DNA from: a virus | Lineage: Duplodnaviria > Caudoviricetes | Length of the DNA: 58,592 nucleotides | Direction: 5' to 3' (one strand) | Virus record (IMG/VR): IMGVR_UViG_3300041809_003506 | Coordinates: 1 to 58,592 of that record | Part shown: in pieces, positions 8,504 to 18,123 of the stretch | Layout: each line of letters starts with the position of its first letter | Numbering within the stretch: the stretch's first letter is position 1 | Notes under the pieces: generated by a model | What the model was told of the DNA's origin: nothing | Database searches by the model: none | Seen by the model: the letters and a program-made list of their open reading frames with translations, nothing else | Program-made: the position numbers and the translations under genes

Positions 8504-9897
8504 GATGCGGTCCAGGTACCAACAAAGGTCGTTGTCAGATAATGCGTTGAATCGAGACCGACAATGCAAACCATGTCGCCCACGGCGCCGCCGCTAGTCA
8601 ATGTTCCCGTGCCGGCCGTGCCGTACCCGGTGCGCTGGGTTTTTTCATAATAGGCGCTCGATCCGATCGCACCGAGCGTTATCACCGTGCTGACGTTGTC
8701 GCCGTTCATGACGCAGAACTGATAACCCGCCGCCGGCACCGGGGGCGTTACCGTGCAGGTCGAAGTGCAAACAAAATATCCGAAAGGTGCGGTGAGCGTG
8801 TGGCCGGTGCTTGAACCTGTTGCCAGCGACGGCGCCGATACCGAAAGTGTGCAATTTATCGATGACGTCGAATTGCACGTTCCGCTTTCGCTGATGCCCG
8901 TCCCGGCGACAATATCGACACTCGACAGCCCGCCGCCGCCGCCAGCGGCCGCATCGATCTCCGGACCGAACAGCAGCATCGCATAGGTGCCGCCAGCGCC
9001 ATTGGTCGACAGCACCCGCCCTAGCACTTCATTGCTGGTCGGATAGGTCGCCCCGGCGTCATGGCAGTCGCCCGCCACGGTCGAGCTGATCTGCACATAA
9101 TCGCCGGCCGTGGTGGCCCCGTCGAAAACGCAGGACGCTTGCCCTTCGAGCGCGATCTGCGCATTGCCGGTGGTGCCGGCGTTGCCGACGACGACGCCCA
9201 GCGCCGTATTGGTATCCGTGGTTGCGGTAATCAGCGCCGTCGACGGCGCCCCGGTCAGCTTCGCCAGCTTGTTGAGCGTGGTGCCGGTCGACGAAGCGTT
9301 GGCGATTTCAGAAATCAGCGCGTTGCTGGTGAGGTCGATCGACTCCGACGATGAAACGATCGTGCCGTTGTCGGAAAGCGCCGACGCCGTCGGCGCGCTC
9401 GAGCCATTGCCTTTGTAGATGACGTTTGAGGATTCGCTGGCGACGGTCGCGAGAGGGCCGAACGCCGTGCCACTGGTCTTGGTGCAGGTGATCGCGCCGC
9501 TTGCCGCAAGCGCGCAATCGCCACTAAGGGCCTTTGACAGCCAATCCGAGCCGGCACCCTGGTCGATCGGGATATTACCGGCGGTCGCTGCCGTGATCAG
9601 ACCGAGGGCGCTCGTTCCTTCCGCCTGCAACAGCGAATGCGCAGTTGGTGCATCGATGCCGGTGCCGCCGTTCGTCGTATTGAGCGGTGAGCTCAACGTC
9701 GCCAAGGGGCCGATCGTAACGCCGTTGACCTTGGGGCAGAGGATGACGTGCAGCGTCGGATTCCAGGTGCAGTCACCCGTCATCCACGCCCGCGGCCGCG
9801 ATCGCTCGCCGGGCGAGATGAATTGCGCCTGCGCGGCACTCAAGGTGCCGGCAAGCAACAGCGTCGCGAGCGCGATCTTGAGAGCGCGTTTCAGCAT
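8500..9897 (-). CDS. Tail-fibre-like protein with signal peptide and 12 Cys
   Basis: MLKRALKIALATLLLAGTLSAAQA/QF; GGTG and GDC...C...GPLAT shaft repeats. Confidence 0.75.
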   Translation of the reverse strand: MLKRALKIALATLLLAGTLSAAQAQFISPGERSRPRAWMTGDCTWNPTLHVILCPKVNGVTIGPLATLSSPLNTTNGGTGIDAPTAHSLLQAEGTSALGLITAATAGNIPIDQGAGSDWLSKALSGDCALAASGAITCTKTSGTAFGPLATVASESSNVIYKGNGSSAPTASALSDNGTIVSSSESIDLTSNALISEIANASSTGTTLNKLAKLTGAPSTALITATTDTNTALGVVVGNAGTTGNAQIALEGQASCVFDGATTAGDYVQISSTVAGDCHDAGATYPTSNEVLGRVLSTNGAGGTYAMLLFGPEIDAAAGGGGGLSSVDIVAGTGISESGTCNSTSSINCTLSVSAPSLATGSSTGHTLTAPFGYFVCTSTCTVTPPVPAAGYQFCVMNGDNVSTVITLGAIGSSAYYEKTQRTGYGTAGTGTLTSGGAVGDMVCIVGLDSTHYLTTTFVGTWTAS

Positions 9898-9935
9898 GGC
9901 GGCCTATTCTCTGCTTCGTCGTCCAAGGACCGCAC

Positions 9936-10442
9936 TTAGAAGTCGGCGCAGACCGCCATGAAGTTGATCTGATCGGTGGATGTCAGGTTGGTGGCGTAGG
10001 TCGCCTTCAAGGTGTCGCCGTTTGTCAGATAAAAATACGGATTGCCGTCGCTATCGACCGGCAGCCCCGGCCAGTTGGTCGACGACATCAGGTTGAGCGG
10101 CGTCCCGTAGGTCGAGGCGCCGCCGCTCAACGGGATCGTGACGGCAGCCATCGGGACCGTGGTCGAGCTGTGAATGATCTCGACGGTCAGCAGATGCGTG
10201 GCGCTGTTGTCGTTGCTCTCCGCCATCAGGCCGGTGCATTTCGAACCGTTGCTGCCGCCGGTATAAAGCGTCTTATAGGTGCCGGCGGTATCGGTGCCCT
10301 GAATGAAGGTCTGCACGCCGATATTCGGCGTCTGCACGAAGACCGGCGTCGCGGTGACCGCTGCCAGCACCGGCAGCGGCGCCAGCGCCGCGGCAACAAC
10401 AATAGCAAGCGCCGTGACGGCGCCGATGATTCTGCGCAGCAT
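9936..10442 (-). CDS. Fibre-associated beta-sandwich protein with signal peptide
   Basis: GAGGA SD; MLRRIIGAVTALAIVVAAALAPLPVLA/AVTATPVFVQTP...CADF; the upstream part of the track ORF is spurious. Confidence 0.75.
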   Translation of the reverse strand: MLRRIIGAVTALAIVVAAALAPLPVLAAVTATPVFVQTPNIGVQTFIQGTDTAGTYKTLYTGGSNGSKCTGLMAESNDNSATHLLTVEIIHSSTTVPMAAVTIPLSGGASTYGTPLNLMSSTNWPGLPVDSDGNPYFYLTNGDTLKATYATNLTSTDQINFMAVCADF

Positions 10443-10468
10443 TTTCATGTCCTCGCTGATGGTAATTT

Positions 10469-11161
10469 TCAGATGCCGCCGATGTTGGCTTGCGCAAATG
10501 CCGCGATCAGCGGCACCTGCAGATTGCCGCCGCCCTGCGATAGCCCGTAGCCGACATTGGAGACGGCGCCCGACGATCCGAGATTGACCTGACCGAAGTT
10601 GCAAGCCGTACCACCGCTGTTGACAACGAGCACCTGGTTGGCCGTACCCGTCACGTCGGCGACATTGGCCGTCGAGCTGGTGCAGTTGCCGACGACGGAT
10701 AGCGCCGCCGACTGACGGAATTTCGCGTTGCTGACGGCATTGGCGCCGATGGCGGTCACGCCGCCATTCGTGATCGTCACGTCGCCGCTGATCGTCTGAC
10801 AAGAGGGCGCGCCGGATTGCCCGATCGGAATTTGCGCGCTGGTGCAAACGGCAATGGTGGCAGGCGCGCCCCCGACGCCGCCGCCGATGACGAAGGCGTT
10901 TTGCGCCAACAGTGCGGACGATGCGATAGAGCCCGTGGTGAGAAAATACGGAATGCCGCCAGACGTGCCCGAGCTCGGCCAGCTTATCGAATTGATACTC
11001 TTGCAAGTGAGCCCATGCTCGGCTGGCGACCAGGTGCAATCGCCGATCATCCACATGCGCTGATTGGCGCGCTCGCCCGGCATCAGGAATTGCGCGTGCG
11101 CGGCGACGATGCTGCCGCACAGCCCGAACAGGACCGCAGCGATGCGAAGTGCGCGCGTCAT
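10469..11161 (-). CDS. Tail-fibre-like protein with signal peptide
   Basis: TGATG coupling; MTRALRIAAVLFGLCGSIVAAHA/QF; SGDVTI shaft motif. Confidence 0.75.
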   Translation of the reverse strand: MTRALRIAAVLFGLCGSIVAAHAQFLMPGERANQRMWMIGDCTWSPAEHGLTCKSINSISWPSSGTSGGIPYFLTTGSIASSALLAQNAFVIGGGVGGAPATIAVCTSAQIPIGQSGAPSCQTISGDVTITNGGVTAIGANAVSNAKFRQSAALSVVGNCTSSTANVADVTGTANQVLVVNSGGTACNFGQVNLGSSGAVSNVGYGLSQGGGNLQVPLIAAFAQANIGGI

Positions 11162-11613
11162 CACATGCCCCCGAGATCGCGATGCAGCGCGACGAAACAT
11201 TCAGGACATGAGACCGAAAGCGATCCGCCCGACAGATTCGACGTGATCGGTGCACTGACGGTCACCGGCGATGCTCCGAAATATGGCTTCCATACCAGCG
11301 TCGAGGTGTTGAGCGTGCCGATCTCGACCCAATTCGTGCCATCCGGCGTAACGGAGAGCACCCACGGATTGCTGGTCGTGTTCCACCAGCACTCGCCGGC
11401 GAACGCCGCGCCATTATCATTGGCCGGCGCCGAGTTGCCGCTGTTGCAGCTACCGATCGAAAGAAATGCCGCGTTGAGATATGTTGCCAGGCTCGACATC
11501 GGCAACGGCGAGCCGGGCACCGGCGACACGGTCGCCTGCGACGCGAGCGCAGGCGAAATCATAACGCCAAGCGCAAACCAGATCCCGGCAACGATCGCTT
11601 TGAAAGAGCGCAT
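11161..11613 (-). CDS. Short tail-fibre anchor-domain protein with signal peptide
   Basis: MRSFKAIVAGIWFALGVMISPALA/SQ...NSGNSAP...WWNT...DGTNW. Confidence 0.75.
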   Translation of the reverse strand: MRSFKAIVAGIWFALGVMISPALASQATVSPVPGSPLPMSSLATYLNAAFLSIGSCNSGNSAPANDNGAAFAGECWWNTTSNPWVLSVTPDGTNWVEIGTLNTSTLVWKPYFGASPVTVSAPITSNLSGGSLSVSCPECFVALHRDLGGM

Positions 11614-11619
11614 CAGCAA

Positions 11620-13320
11620 TTACCCGACCATCTGCAGTGGCGCGCCGTCGTCGTTCGCCGGCTCCAGCGCGCTCATGTATTCTATGAGCATCATTGAACT
11701 CTGCGTACCCGTGGTGAATCCGCCGAGCCAGGTGCCGGTGCCGGTTCCGTTCGTCTTCAAGTAGACGCTGTACTGCGTCGCGCTCGTCGTGTTCGGCGCG
11801 TCGAGACCGTCGAGCGCGGCAGACGCTCCCGCGTTTATCGAACCGCCGGTATAGGTGGCTGCGATATTTCCAAACAGATTTGACGGTCCAGAACTGGCGT
11901 TGCTCCGCGCGAGCTGCGCTACGGCTTCTGTGCCGACGTTAGTTCCGGTATATAGAAATCCCAGTACCTGGGCATTCACGAGATTCGCGGCCGACGTCGG
12001 CGTTATGCTCAGCACCGTGCCTGTGATCTGAAACGTGGAGCTGGTCGTGCTGGTCCCTGTTACGTTCACGCCGTAAACGATCTGCACCACGTCTCCCGGC
12101 TTCTTGATGCCGGGGCCGAACATTTGCACATAGCTCGGCGACGCCCAGCCGGTGCCCGACGTCCAGATCGCCTCGACGTAGCCGACGATGCGGATTGCCT
12201 TGCCGCTCAGGCTCGCAATCGAGGTCTGGATGGTACCCGCCGCCGTGCCGCCGGTAGTGCCAGATCCGGTATTCTGCAGCACTGCCTCGTTGAGCTGATA
12301 GATTTGCGTCGGCGTGGATTGATTGCTCAGGCCGAGCAGGATCGAGGTGCAGGCGCCGGCGCTTTCCGTCTGGCAGACCGCCGTGACCCACAGGCGGCAC
12401 AGCACCGCCGTGGTGCAGCCCATGTTGTCGGTCGAGCCGAGCGTCATGCTCAGGGCCGCTGTCAGCACGCCGGGAATGACCGCAGACGTGCTGTTGTTTC
12501 CAGTTTGGCTGCGGAAGCTGGTCAGGATCGGATTGGTCGACGAGGCGTTGGAGCCGTTGACACCGACCAATGCGACCGTGAGCTGGTTGCTCGCGCTCGA
12601 TCCGAGCAGGCTGCCGTTGATCGGAGATCCGAAGCCGGTCGCCGACGCTGCCAGAGCCGAGGAGCCGAGGCTGAGCCCGACTGACGACAGTGGCGCTCCC
12701 GTCGCGCGCATATAGACGACGACCTGCACATTGGTCGCGGTCAGCGCCATTACCAAAGCATAGTCGCCGGCCGCCGTCGTGATGTTGTTGCCGCCATTCG
12801 GCAGGCCAAGCGGCGTCCCTTGCGTCAAGGTCAGCGCGCCCTGGAACGTCACCAGCTTGAGCGAGCCCGGCACCGCATCGTTATTGGCGAGCTGCGTGAT
12901 CGTCGTCGTGCCGCTGACGGTAACCGACGATTGCGGCACCGACCACAGATCGGTGGTCGACGCCGAGGCAATGGTCTGCTGCTCGCCGCCGCCGATCTGC
13001 ATCGCGATCAGATGATTAGTCGCGTCGACATACCAAAGTGCGTTCCAGTCGGTACCGTCATATTGGCTGACGATGCTCGTCGACGTGTTCCACCACAGCA
13101 TTCCGGTCGATGCCGGCGACGGCGCCGAGCCGCCGCTGTAGACCGTGAGGATCGAGCCGGTGCAGGCATTGATATCGTTGACCAGCGTCAGGCCGGAGAC
13201 CGTGCCGGTCGTCGGCATTACGCACGAATTCTGCGAGGCGCCGGCGATGAACGGCGCGGCCAGCGCCGCCAGCAAAAGCGCGCAGCCGAACAGCGGCGCC
13301 AGGGCGCGTCTGAGCATCAT
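11620..13320 (-). CDS. Tail fibre protein with signal peptide
   Basis: MMLRRALAPLFGCALLLAALAAPFIAGA/SQ...SGGSAP...WWNT; IASASTTDL and ITTAAGD fibre motifs. Confidence 0.8.
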   Translation of the reverse strand: MMLRRALAPLFGCALLLAALAAPFIAGASQNSCVMPTTGTVSGLTLVNDINACTGSILTVYSGGSAPSPASTGMLWWNTSTSIVSQYDGTDWNALWYVDATNHLIAMQIGGGEQQTIASASTTDLWSVPQSSVTVSGTTTITQLANNDAVPGSLKLVTFQGALTLTQGTPLGLPNGGNNITTAAGDYALVMALTATNVQVVVYMRATGAPLSSVGLSLGSSALAASATGFGSPINGSLLGSSASNQLTVALVGVNGSNASSTNPILTSFRSQTGNNSTSAVIPGVLTAALSMTLGSTDNMGCTTAVLCRLWVTAVCQTESAGACTSILLGLSNQSTPTQIYQLNEAVLQNTGSGTTGGTAAGTIQTSIASLSGKAIRIVGYVEAIWTSGTGWASPSYVQMFGPGIKKPGDVVQIVYGVNVTGTSTTSSTFQITGTVLSITPTSAANLVNAQVLGFLYTGTNVGTEAVAQLARSNASSGPSNLFGNIAATYTGGSINAGASAALDGLDAPNTTSATQYSVYLKTNGTGTGTWLGGFTTGTQSSMMLIEYMSALEPANDDGAPLQMVG

Positions 13321-13344
13321 GGAACGATCCTTATCGGGAGAACG

Positions 13345-13653
13345 TCAGGCCGCGGGCTTGGCGGCGACGGCCTTGGCGATGGTCGCGCTGGTCTTGCCGA
13401 TCATGTCGAGCCAGAGGTCGACATATTTGTCGGCGAACTGTTCGATCTCCTTCACCATCGGCGGCGTCGGCGAAAATTCCGGCGCCAGATCGTCGACCAT
13501 TTCCTTGCTCGCCGCCTTGACCGCCGCGAGCATGGCCTGCGCGCGGTCGGGCGGCAGCGTCGCGGCGAGCTGGCCGGCAACGGCGGTCACCACCGCCTCG
13601 AGCGCAATCAGCCGCCCGGCAAATTCCTTGCCGCTCAAAGTCGGTCCAGGCAA
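13345..13653 (-). CDS. Hypothetical protein (102 aa)
   Basis: AGGAGG SD; co-oriented with the late operon. Confidence 0.6.
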   Translation of the reverse strand: MPGPTLSGKEFAGRLIALEAVVTAVAGQLAATLPPDRAQAMLAAVKAASKEMVDDLAPEFSPTPPMVKEIEQFADKYVDLWLDMIGKTSATIAKAVAAKPAA

Positions 13654-13678
13654 TGACGCCTCCTAATGTGCGGCCGTC

Positions 13679-14149
13679 TCAGCGCGGGCGCTTGCCGATA
13701 GTGATGATCATGAAGTCGCGGTTGCCTGGCACCACGGTGACCGCGTAACGATCGCTGAGTGCGGCCTTCAGCGCCGACGCGACCTTCCCGGCATCCGCAA
13801 GCTGTTTGTCGCCTCGCGCCGCCGTCAGCTCGATGCCATAGCCGAGCGGATAAAACGATCGGTCAAGCGCGCTGCTGACTTTCGCATCCTCGAACGCGTC
13901 ATCGAGATCCTGGGCAAGATCGGTCGCTGCCGCGTCGGCCGAGACGATATCGACCTTGTAGCGCAGACCCTTCACCGCGGCCGCGAATGCCGCCTTCTGC
14001 ACATCGGTAAGATCGGGCCACGCATGCTTGCTTACGGCGATCGAGTGCGTGACCTGCTCGACGTGCTTCGGCGCATAGTGGACCGCACCCGCACTGACAG
14101 CCACAGCAACAACGGCGGCTATCGAGCCATGAATGATGTGATCGCGCAT
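13679..14149 (-). CDS. N-terminally anchored or exported hypothetical protein
   Basis: MRDHIIHGSIAAVVAVAVSAGAVHYA hydrophobic leader. Confidence 0.6.
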   Translation of the reverse strand: MRDHIIHGSIAAVVAVAVSAGAVHYAPKHVEQVTHSIAVSKHAWPDLTDVQKAAFAAAVKGLRYKVDIVSADAAATDLAQDLDDAFEDAKVSSALDRSFYPLGYGIELTAARGDKQLADAGKVASALKAALSDRYAVTVVPGNRDFMIITIGKRPR

Positions 14150-14150
14150 T

Positions 14151-17100
14151 TCAAAACCCTTCAACGGTGAGTGTGAGCTGACGCGCGACCTTGCTGCCGC
14201 CGTTCAAGATTTCGAAGGTGACGGCCGACAGCGACAGCGCCGTGACGATCAGATCATCGCCGGCTTGCGCGTTGACGATGCCCCACGAGATTGCTGGCAA
14301 GTCCCCTGGCCCGGCACCACCATTGAACGGCGACGCCGTGCCGATTAACGGCGCAGTCGAAGTAACGCCGGATTGCCCGAATGTTACGCTGGTCGTCGCC
14401 GACGACGACGTGGTCAGCGGATATTGATCGATGCGCGGCGGGATCGTCGCCGTGATCTTAAAGACCGTGTCGTAGCCGATCGCAGCCGGATCGACCGACT
14501 CCAGAAAGAACGACCAATCGAGGAACCGCGCCTGATAGGCGCCCGGCGAGAACTTCTGCCAGTCGCCCCACGCCGGATCGGAAGCAGCGTAGAGATCGGG
14601 ATAGGCGTAAAGATCGCCAAGCGCATAGAGGTCGCCGCCGAGTGCGGTCGCCGTCTGGATCAGCGGATAGCCTTCGACGAAGGCGGTGTTGGCGGCGCCG
14701 AGAATATCCGCGGTGCCGAGAAAGTCGGCAAGCGCCAGCACGTTCTGCGATGCCGGCACGCCGGTGAGTTGATAAGCGACCGACACCGACACGTTGGCGA
14801 CATAGCCGATGTCGAGATAGGTATCGGAGGGATAGAACGTACCCGATCCGGAATCGCCGCCAATGTTGAGAATGTCCGGCGTATTGAGAAAATCGGTGAT
14901 CGCCAGGACGTTGGCGCGCGACCCGGTGCGGATCGCGTTGTCGGTCGCATCGTAGCCGACCGCGCCGGTAAAAGTCCCCGGCCAGTACGCCGCTGCCACG
15001 TCGATCGACAGAATGACGTTCTGCGTGAGAACGGCGCCTGAGATCGTGATGCTCTGCGGCGCTTCGGAGTAGACCTGCAGTCCGGATGCCGGTTGTGCGT
15101 AGGCCGACACCCAATAGGTGCCGTTGCCGGGAACGGTGAACGGCGATTGCGCGTCGTCGTCGAGAATGACCGCCGATTGCCAGGTGGCACCGACCCTGAC
15201 CTCATAGGTCGGATTGCGGAAGTCGCTCACCTTGTCCCAGATGAGCTGATTGAAGCCGATATTGGCGTTGTAGTTGGAGCGCAGGTTGGTGACGTTCGCC
15301 AGCGGCGAGGACAGTGCCGCCCCGGTGATCAGGTAGGGATAAGCCGCACAGTCGGCGAGGTTTTGTGTCCCTCCTTGATAGATGTTGAAGGATTGGAATT
15401 TCAGATAGACGACCGAGCCGATGCGGCTCTGATCGTAAGGGAAGGCGAAAATGTTGCTGTCGAGCCGGGCAAACGGCGTGCCGGCCGGATGATCGACGAT
15501 CTCGCTCTCGGTGCCGTAAGCGCCGCGCACCAGGTAGGTAAGATTATAGGCATTCGGCCCGGTCAGCGTCGCCGTTTCATAGGCGATGACTTCGCTGCCG
15601 ACCAAGCAACGCGTGTTGAGCGAGAGCACATCGAGCGTCGTACCGGATGATAGCGTGCCGGCGCTTTCCGCGAGCGAAACCGCCAGCGTGTCGGCCTGGT
15701 CGATGGTCTGTCCGGTCGGATTGATATCGACCGGCGGCAGGTCAGCGGTAGTGACGCCCATGCGCGCTGGACCGATGATCTCCCCTATCTGGGTATATTT
15801 CTCGCCATCGTAACTCGCCCAAACGTTACAGCCGCCCCAGAGACTTGTATTTTCTCCCGAGATGGCGCCGGCGATCATCAGGCCGCCGCCCGAGATCATC
15901 GTGGCGGCGAGTTCGTCGGTCGGCTCGAAGATGATCGGGGCGTTGATCGGTCCCGGATCGGCGTTGTAATTCAGCGCCGGCTGCAAGCTCGGCTGCGTGC
16001 CATATTGCGGCGCCGATACGGTGCCGAGATATTCCTCGGCGGTGATAGTGAGCGAGAAGTCCTGGTTCTCGTAAATCTCGATGATGCGGACCGGCTGCTC
16101 GAGCAGCCCCTGGCCTTCGTCGGTCACCGTGACCAGCGCCATCAGCTCAAGGATGAGCATGAAGTGGCGGCCGCAGGTCCACTGGAAAGTGCGCGCGATC
16201 TGCTGCCGGATCAGCGACAGCGTTGCTGATTGCTGTGCCGCCGCGGCCAGACAGAAGAAATGCAGTTGCTTGATGTCGCTCGGTCGCGTGCGGTTGAACG
16301 AGGTGATCGACGCCTCGTCCTTTACCTCAATGTCGACCGGGTTATAGGTGTTGTTCCTGTCGAGGTATTCGACCTTGATGTCGTTGAGCATCTGATCGCG
16401 CGACTTGCGCACACAGATCAGCGGCGAATTGTTGACGGCCAGTCCCGTGCCGAGCGTGCCCTGATTGGGCAGGAAGTCGTCGAGCGTGAAGGCGTAGAGC
16501 GGCGAGGTGTTCGGAACGTAGGACGCGGTCGCTGCGTAATTATAGGTGATCAATACGCCGGCGTTGATATCGGCCGGGCTGAAATAATAGACGCCGCCCT
16601 GCTCGTAGTATTGCCCCTGCGCCGGCGTTCCCGATGTCGAATAGCCGGTCGGCGCGTAGGTCGAAACCTTCTGTAGCGGGGCGCCGCTCAGATAAGTGAC
16701 ACCACCATCGCCGGCAAAGGTCGCATAGAAGCTGACCTTGATGCTCGGGAAATAAAGCGGCGTATTGTTGCTGTCGACGCCTTCCTGATCCTGCGGGACG
16801 TCGTAGGTTTCGGTGATGGCCTGGATCTGCCCGGCGGTAACGGACTTGTCGCCGTAGGGAACAACCGTGAACTCGCCGTCCTGCCAGCACGGCGCCGCAT
16901 TGGTGGCTGCGGTCAGATCATTGACAAAGGCAGAAGCCGCGATCGGCGAAGCGATCACCGGCGAGACGCCAAAGCCGAGCGCGATGCAATAGCTCTGCCA
17001 ATTTGCCAGCGAGCCGAGACGCGCGCTCGGGAAGCCGAGGCCGTAATACTCATTAGTCAGGAATGCCGTCAGCGCGATCGAGGGATCGCCATCAGGCTGG

Positions 17101-17672
17101 CCGGGAATAACATTGCTCTGGTTGGTCGACCCGACCTGAAAGGTGAAGTTGGGAATCGCGGTCGACGAGCCGAGCGGAAAGTTACCGAATGCACTGTAAC
17201 AGATGCCGCGATAGTTGAGCGCGTGCGACGAGTCCGTGTCGAGCATATAGCCCCACGGATCCTGCTCGTAATCGCCGAGATAATCCTCCGCCTGATAGCT
17301 GTAGTTGCCGAGCGTGAGAATGGTCGATGCCGGCAGATCGGTGTCCGGCAGCGCATTGCCGGTGCCGTTGATCCACATGCCGGAGATCGAGGCAACCGGG
17401 CCTTCGCAGATGCCGACGATGAAGGTAACGAAATAGATATAATTGCCGGAATTACCCTTGCCCGATCCGGCACTAAACAGGCCGCCTTTGCCGCCAGTCG
17501 GCGCGTTCTGATAGTTGAAGTTGGTATAGTCGATTAGATTGCCGGCGAGCCGATTGGCGCCGCCCAGCATCAACGCGATCGGGACGCCCTGCAGCGAGGT
17601 GTTGATGCGCAGCGACGTCGCCGGCGGCGAAACAGGGCTTGCACCGAAGAGACCAGTGAGAAACCGAGCCAC
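14151..17672 (-). CDS. Central tail tip / host-specificity protein (Phage-tail_3, J-like)
   Basis: 1173 aa; GICEGPV, ALNYRG, VEYLDRNNTYN, YLVRGAYGT, YLKFQSFNIY motifs; follows NlpC/P60. Confidence 0.85.
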   Translation of the reverse strand: MARFLTGLFGASPVSPPATSLRINTSLQGVPIALMLGGANRLAGNLIDYTNFNYQNAPTGGKGGLFSAGSGKGNSGNYIYFVTFIVGICEGPVASISGMWINGTGNALPDTDLPASTILTLGNYSYQAEDYLGDYEQDPWGYMLDTDSSHALNYRGICYSAFGNFPLGSSTAIPNFTFQVGSTNQSNVIPGQPDGDPSIALTAFLTNEYYGLGFPSARLGSLANWQSYCIALGFGVSPVIASPIAASAFVNDLTAATNAAPCWQDGEFTVVPYGDKSVTAGQIQAITETYDVPQDQEGVDSNNTPLYFPSIKVSFYATFAGDGGVTYLSGAPLQKVSTYAPTGYSTSGTPAQGQYYEQGGVYYFSPADINAGVLITYNYAATASYVPNTSPLYAFTLDDFLPNQGTLGTGLAVNNSPLICVRKSRDQMLNDIKVEYLDRNNTYNPVDIEVKDEASITSFNRTRPSDIKQLHFFCLAAAAQQSATLSLIRQQIARTFQWTCGRHFMLILELMALVTVTDEGQGLLEQPVRIIEIYENQDFSLTITAEEYLGTVSAPQYGTQPSLQPALNYNADPGPINAPIIFEPTDELAATMISGGGLMIAGAISGENTSLWGGCNVWASYDGEKYTQIGEIIGPARMGVTTADLPPVDINPTGQTIDQADTLAVSLAESAGTLSSGTTLDVLSLNTRCLVGSEVIAYETATLTGPNAYNLTYLVRGAYGTESEIVDHPAGTPFARLDSNIFAFPYDQSRIGSVVYLKFQSFNIYQGGTQNLADCAAYPYLITGAALSSPLANVTNLRSNYNANIGFNQLIWDKVSDFRNPTYEVRVGATWQSAVILDDDAQSPFTVPGNGTYWVSAYAQPASGLQVYSEAPQSITISGAVLTQNVILSIDVAAAYWPGTFTGAVGYDATDNAIRTGSRANVLAITDFLNTPDILNIGGDSGSGTFYPSDTYLDIGYVANVSVSVAYQLTGVPASQNVLALADFLGTADILGAANTAFVEGYPLIQTATALGGDLYALGDLYAYPDLYAASDPAWGDWQKFSPGAYQARFLDWSFFLESVDPAAIGYDTVFKITATIPPRIDQYPLTTSSSATTSVTFGQSGVTSTAPLIGTASPFNGGAGPGDLPAISWGIVNAQAGDDLIVTALSLSAVTFEILNGGSKVARQLTLTVEGF

Positions 17673-17673
17673 A

Positions 17674-18123
17674 TCAGCGCTGCCATTTGCTAAAGAATTT
17701 TACGTCGAGGATCGGAATGCCGAGATGCACGGAGGTACCGAAGCCGCGGCGCACACAGCGGGCGCCGAAATGAGCGTGAATGATCGACGGCCAGCCCGGC
17801 TTGACGATCAATGCAGCGTGAGAAAAACACTTTCCAGCCTTATACAAAACCACATCGCCGTGCTTGACATGCTCGAGCGGAATCTCGTGGGCAAATTTCC
17901 GCACCCAGCCGAGGTAACGCTCTTCCGATTGGTGAAGAAAAAACTGCGGTGAATAATAGCCGATCTCAAAAGGCTCGATCAGCCCGGCTTCCAGAAACAC
18001 GCATTTCAGAAGCGTGGCGCAATCAACTCCCGCGCCCTTGACCTCGCCATGATCGTGAAACGGCGTCCGCAGCCACGTCCGCGCGATCGCATCGACGCGG
18101 TCGCGTTCGGCTTCCTCGGTCAT
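17674..18123 (-). CDS. NlpC/P60 tail-associated peptidase
   Basis: ARTWLRTPFHDHG...GVDCA...GDVVLY...SHAAL...IIHA. Confidence 0.9.
   Translation of the reverse strand: MTEEAERDRVDAIARTWLRTPFHDHGEVKGAGVDCATLLKCVFLEAGLIEPFEIGYYSPQFFLHQSEERYLGWVRKFAHEIPLEHVKHGDVVLYKAGKCFSHAALIVKPGWPSIIHAHFGARCVRRGFGTSVHLGIPILDVKFFSKWQR

Noticed and set aside
10443-11255. N-terminal 270 aa of track ORF 9936-11255
   Set aside because: An Arg-rich alternative frame of the real gene 10469-11161; the true start is near 10442.
7754-17672. A second VR in tail or fibre genes
   Set aside because: No C-terminus resembles FGGSW...GARGRCD and no TR-like DNA was seen by eye; a computational scan is still advisable.
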